Shown here piece by piece: positions 61,001-64,000 of a stretch of DNA of 64,000 bases (its first letter is position 1; the number at the start of each line of letters is the position of its first letter). Source of the stretch: Vicinamibacteria bacterium (GTDB lineage: Bacteria > Acidobacteriota > Vicinamibacteria > Marinacidobacterales > Marinacidobacteraceae); NCBI GenBank assembly GCA_965199715.1, contig OZ241322.1, forward strand, positions 2,272,001 through 2,336,000, in the 5' to 3' direction. A model generated the notes under the pieces. That model searched no databases. It had not been told where the DNA came from and worked only from the letters and a program-made list of their open reading frames with translations. Both the position numbers and the translations under genes were made by a program.

Positions 61001-64000
61001 CAGGTTTCGAGGACGCCGCCCCGCACGGTCAGGGCGCGCGCCGCCGAGGTCGGGACGCGCGGTCCCGGAAACAGGATCCCGGACAGGTTCAGCGGGTCGG
61101 CCGCGGCGATCCGGACCGGAGGCGCGTCCCCGTTCGGCTTCCGGCGGAGCTCGCGCACCGCCCGGGGCAGGGCGAACTGCTCCCCGCCGAAGGCGGAGAC
61201 GAACCGCCCGCCGTGGATCTCGCCCCGCATCTCCAGCCGGCGGAGCGCGATCTGGAGCGAGCGCCAGCGCGTCTCGAGCCGCTCGCGCTTCACCAGGTCG
61301 CGGAACACGACGCCCCAGCGGTCGAGGAGGCGGCGCGCCAGATCCTCGTCCGACTGCTCCCGCTCGCCGGCCAGCAGCGCCCACCGACCGGCCCCGTATC
61401 GGGCGCGGGCGCGGCGATGGCGGCCGAGGCCGGTGCGGCGGCGCGGGTCCATGAGCGCCCGCAGGCCGTCGAAGCCGTCGGCGGTCACGAGGCCGGCGGC
61501 GACGAGTTCCCACAGCGCGTCCTCAAGCGCGGCCGGCAGCAGCCCGGAGTCCTCGGCCAGCTCGGCGAAGAACGACGCCCCGCGCTCCCGCAGGCGGTCC
61601 CGGACGGCCTCGGCGCGGGAACCGAGCGCCGGCGCGCCGGACCGGCGCCACTCGGGGAGGCTCGTCCTCGGCAGGATCGCGATCGGGGCGGCGCGGCTCG
61701 GGCGCGCCGGCGTTCCGTCGTCCGGATCCGGCGGCCGCAGCCGCCCCCAGACCACGGCGCCGGACAGGCAATGCCCGTCCAGCCAGTCGCGGCGGTAGCC
61801 GGTCACGCGCAGCGGCAGGACGTCCCGCTCCCACGCGGCGGCCGGCGCCTCGATCCCCTGGAGTTGCGCGAGCACCTCCAGCACTCCGCCGGGACCGAAG
61901 ACCCGCGCGTCGGGGACGGCCCGCTGCCAGCGGGTGAGGAAGTCCATGAACCGCGCCGCGCTCACCGGGGCGGACTCGCGCCGGAGATGCGCGAGCGTGA
62001 GGCGGTGGATACGCGCCAGCACCCGGCGGTGGCACCACTCCTCGGGGCCGTTCTCGGTCAAGGGGCCCCGGATCGCGAGCCCCTCCGCCTCGAGCGCCAG
62101 AAGGCCGGCCTCGATCTCGGCCTCGGGAAGGACGAAGGACGCCGCCAGCTCGGCGGCGCGCGCCGGTCCCGAGGAGTCGAGCGTCCCGCGCAGGAGCGCC
62201 GCGGCGAGGCCGGCGCGGCCCTCGGGGAGCGGCCTTCCGGATGCGTCGGGAAGCGTCCGGGAGAAGCGGCCTCCGGGCCACAGCGCCCGGGCGAGCGCCG
62301 CCCGCTCGGCGGCGACGAGGAAGCGCCGCCCGTCCGTTTCGAGGACGGCCGCGCGGTCCTGCGCCTCCAGCTCGGACGCCCACGGCCGCCAGTCGTCGCG
62401 ATCCGGGAGCGCGCCCCCGGTCAGAAGCGCGTCGTGGAGCTCCTCGGCGTTCCGGACGAGCGGCGCCGCTTCCTCGGCCGCCTGGCGGATGGCCTCGGGG
62501 GAGAGGCGCGCCTCCCGGTCCAGTTCGGCCGGGAGCGACCGGCTCATCCGCACCGCCCGCGAGCGCCGCTCCTCCAGCGGGGCCGGATCGAGGAAGGCGA
62601 ACGGGCTCGCGTTCAGGATCTCCGCCGCGAACGGGGAGGCTTCCGGGTTGTCGCGGGCGACGGCGCGGATCGCGCCGCTGCGGATCCCCTCCAGCACCTC
62701 GATCAGGCCGTCGAGGTCCATGAGCTCGTGGAGCCCGTCAGCGATCGTCTCATCGACCAGCGGGTGCTCCGGGATGCGCACCTCGCCGGCGAGGTTCTCG
62801 GCGCAGGCCGCCTGGTCCGGGAAGACCGCCGCGAGGACGTCGTCGGCCAGCACGCGCTGGATCGGCGGGGGCGTCCGCCGGCCGTTGCGCGTCCGCCGCA
62901 CCGTGAGCGCCCGGGTGGCGTTGTGGCGGAAGCGCACGTCGAAGAGCGGGTAGCCGAGCATCGCCTGGGTGAGCACGTCCTTGACGGTTCCCGGATGCAG
63001 GAAGCGGAACACCGACTCCAGCGGGAACGAGTGCAGGTCGGTGAGCGAGACGTTCACGCCGTCGTCGGTGGCCGCCGCTTGGAGCTCGAGGTTGAAGCTC
63101 CGGCAGAAGCGCTTCCGGAGCGCGAGCCCCCACGCCCGGTTCACGCGGATCCCGAAAGGGGCGTGGAGGACGAGCTGCATGCCCCCCGACTCGTCGAAGA
63201 AGCGCTCGGCGACGACCGTGGTCGCGCTCGGCGTCGCGCCGAGCGACGCCCGCCCGGCCGCGAGATACCGGATGGCCTGGTCGGCCCCCGATTCGTCGAG
63301 TCCGGCGTCCCGCAGCAGCGCCTCGGCCTCGGGGCGCGCGGCGCCGGCGAGTTCCTCGCGGAGCTCCGAGACGTGCCGCGAGAGCTCCCGGGTGCGGCCG
63401 GGCGCCTCGGCGATCCAGAACGGAATCGTCGGCGGGGCGCCGGCGGCGTCCTCGACGCGAACGTCGCCGCCCACGATCCGCCGGATGCGCCAGGCGTGGG
63501 TCCCGAGCTGGAACACCGCGCCGCGCGTGCTCTCGATGGCGAAGTCCTCGTGGACGCTCCCGACGACCCGGTCGTCGGGTTCGACCACGACCCGGTACTC
63601 GGCGGTCTCGGGGATGGCGCCGCCGTTCTGGATCGCGGCGAGCCGCGCGCCGCGCCGGGCGCGGACGGTCCCGTGCACCCGGTCGAGGTGGAGGAGCGCG
63701 CCCCGGCGGCCCCTGGCGGTGGAGACGCCCTCGGCCAGCATCTCGACCAGCGCGTCGAAGGCGGCGCGTTCGAGGCTCCGGTACGGGTCGGCGCTGCGGG
63801 CCAGCGCGAAGAGATCGTCAAGGCCCTCGGACCGCTCCGGGTTCGCCCCGAGCTCGGCGGCGAGCTGCTGGGCGAGCACGTCGAGCGGCGCGTCGGGGAT
63901 CCGGAGCCGGTCCAGATCCCCGGCCCGGATCGCCCGCACGGCGGCGGCGCACTGGATGAGTTCGTCCCGGGTGACCGGGAAGAGCCAGCCCTCGGACGCC
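61000..64000 (-). CDS. lhr: Lhr-family large SF2 helicase (5' part outside window)
   Basis: LDVLAQQL, GGAIPE, IPFW..EAPGR, ERFFDESGGMQLVLHAPFG..NRAWGLAL, IEAPAAAWE, GRFV..GEQFA, ADPLNL. Confidence 0.88.
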   Translation of the reverse strand, partial: ASEGWLFPVTRDELIQCAAAVRAIRAGDLDRLRIPDAPLDVLAQQLAAELGANPERSEGLDDLFALARSADPYRSLERAAFDALVEMLAEGVSTARGRRGALLHLDRVHGTVRARRGARLAAIQNGGAIPETAEYRVVVEPDDRVVGSVHEDFAIESTRGAVFQLGTHAWRIRRIVGGDVRVEDAAGAPPTIPFWIAEAPGRTRELSRHVSELREELAGAARPEAEALLRDAGLDESGADQAIRYLAAGRASLGATPSATTVVAERFFDESGGMQLVLHAPFGIRVNRAWGLALRKRFCRSFNLELQAAATDDGVNVSLTDLHSFPLESVFRFLHPGTVKDVLTQAMLGYPLFDVRFRHNATRALTVRRTRNGRRTPPPIQRVLADDVLAAVFPDQAACAENLAGEVRIPEHPLVDETIADGLHELMDLDGLIEVLEGIRSGAIRAVARDNPEASPFAAEILNASPFAFLDPAPLEERRSRAVRMSRSLPAELDREARLSPEAIRQAAEEAAPLVRNAEELHDALLTGGALPDRDDWRPWASELEAQDRAAVLETDGRRFLVAAERAALARALWPGGRFSRTLPDASGRPLPEGRAGLAAALLRGTLDSSGPARAAELAASFVLPEAEIEAGLLALEAEGLAIRGPLTENGPEEWCHRRVLARIHRLTLAHLRRESAPVSAARFMDFLTRWQRAVPDARVFGPGGVLEVLAQLQGIEAPAAAWERDVLPLRVTGYRRDWLDGHCLSGAVVWGRLRPPDPDDGTPARPSRAAPIAILPRTSLPEWRRSGAPALGSRAEAVRDRLRERGASFFAELAEDSGLLPAALEDALWELVAAGLVTADGFDGLRALMDPRRRTGLGRHRRARARYGAGRWALLAGEREQSDEDLARRLLDRWGVVFRDLVKRERLETRWRSLQIALRRLEMRGEIHGGRFVSAFGGEQFALPRAVRELRRKPNGDAPPVRIAAADPLNLSGILFPGPRVPTSAARALTVRGGVLET

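Overview
Very GC-rich bacterial DNA. The gene content (CRTAC1/FG-GAP proteins, TPR-multiheme cytochromes, PQQ dehydrogenase, leaderless promoters) resembles Acidobacteriota-type genomes, but this is inference. The backbone carries ptrB, an addB-addA-like pair, penicillin acylase, rnhB, UDG, methylmalonyl-CoA mutase, rlpA, a SorAB-like sulfite dehydrogenase, galK and an Lhr helicase. The main discovery is a ~15 kb, visibly less GC-rich, 11-gene minus-strand operon (10623-25607) that looks like a non-canonical DNA sulfur-modification/defence system. In order it encodes a phage-NinC-type PAPS-reductase-family enzyme, a cysteine desulfurase, a GHKL ATPase, two uncharacterised proteins (one DUF6339-like), a Dnd-associated methyltransferase, an alphaCTD/sigma4 HTH protein, an HKD-nuclease/SF2 helicase, a small helical protein, a CxC-hook DndD-like SMC ATPase and a dnd_assoc_4-like protein. 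No dndB, dndE or dndFGH is recognisable. Other highlights are a probable selenoprotein (in-frame UGA in UxxC plus a SECIS-like hairpin), a B3-Q metallo-beta-lactamase, several decayed defence/TA remnants and recurrent leaderless promoters. No rRNA, tRNA, CRISPR array, integrase or transposase was seen. Family assignments come from motif recognition and memory, not database searches.
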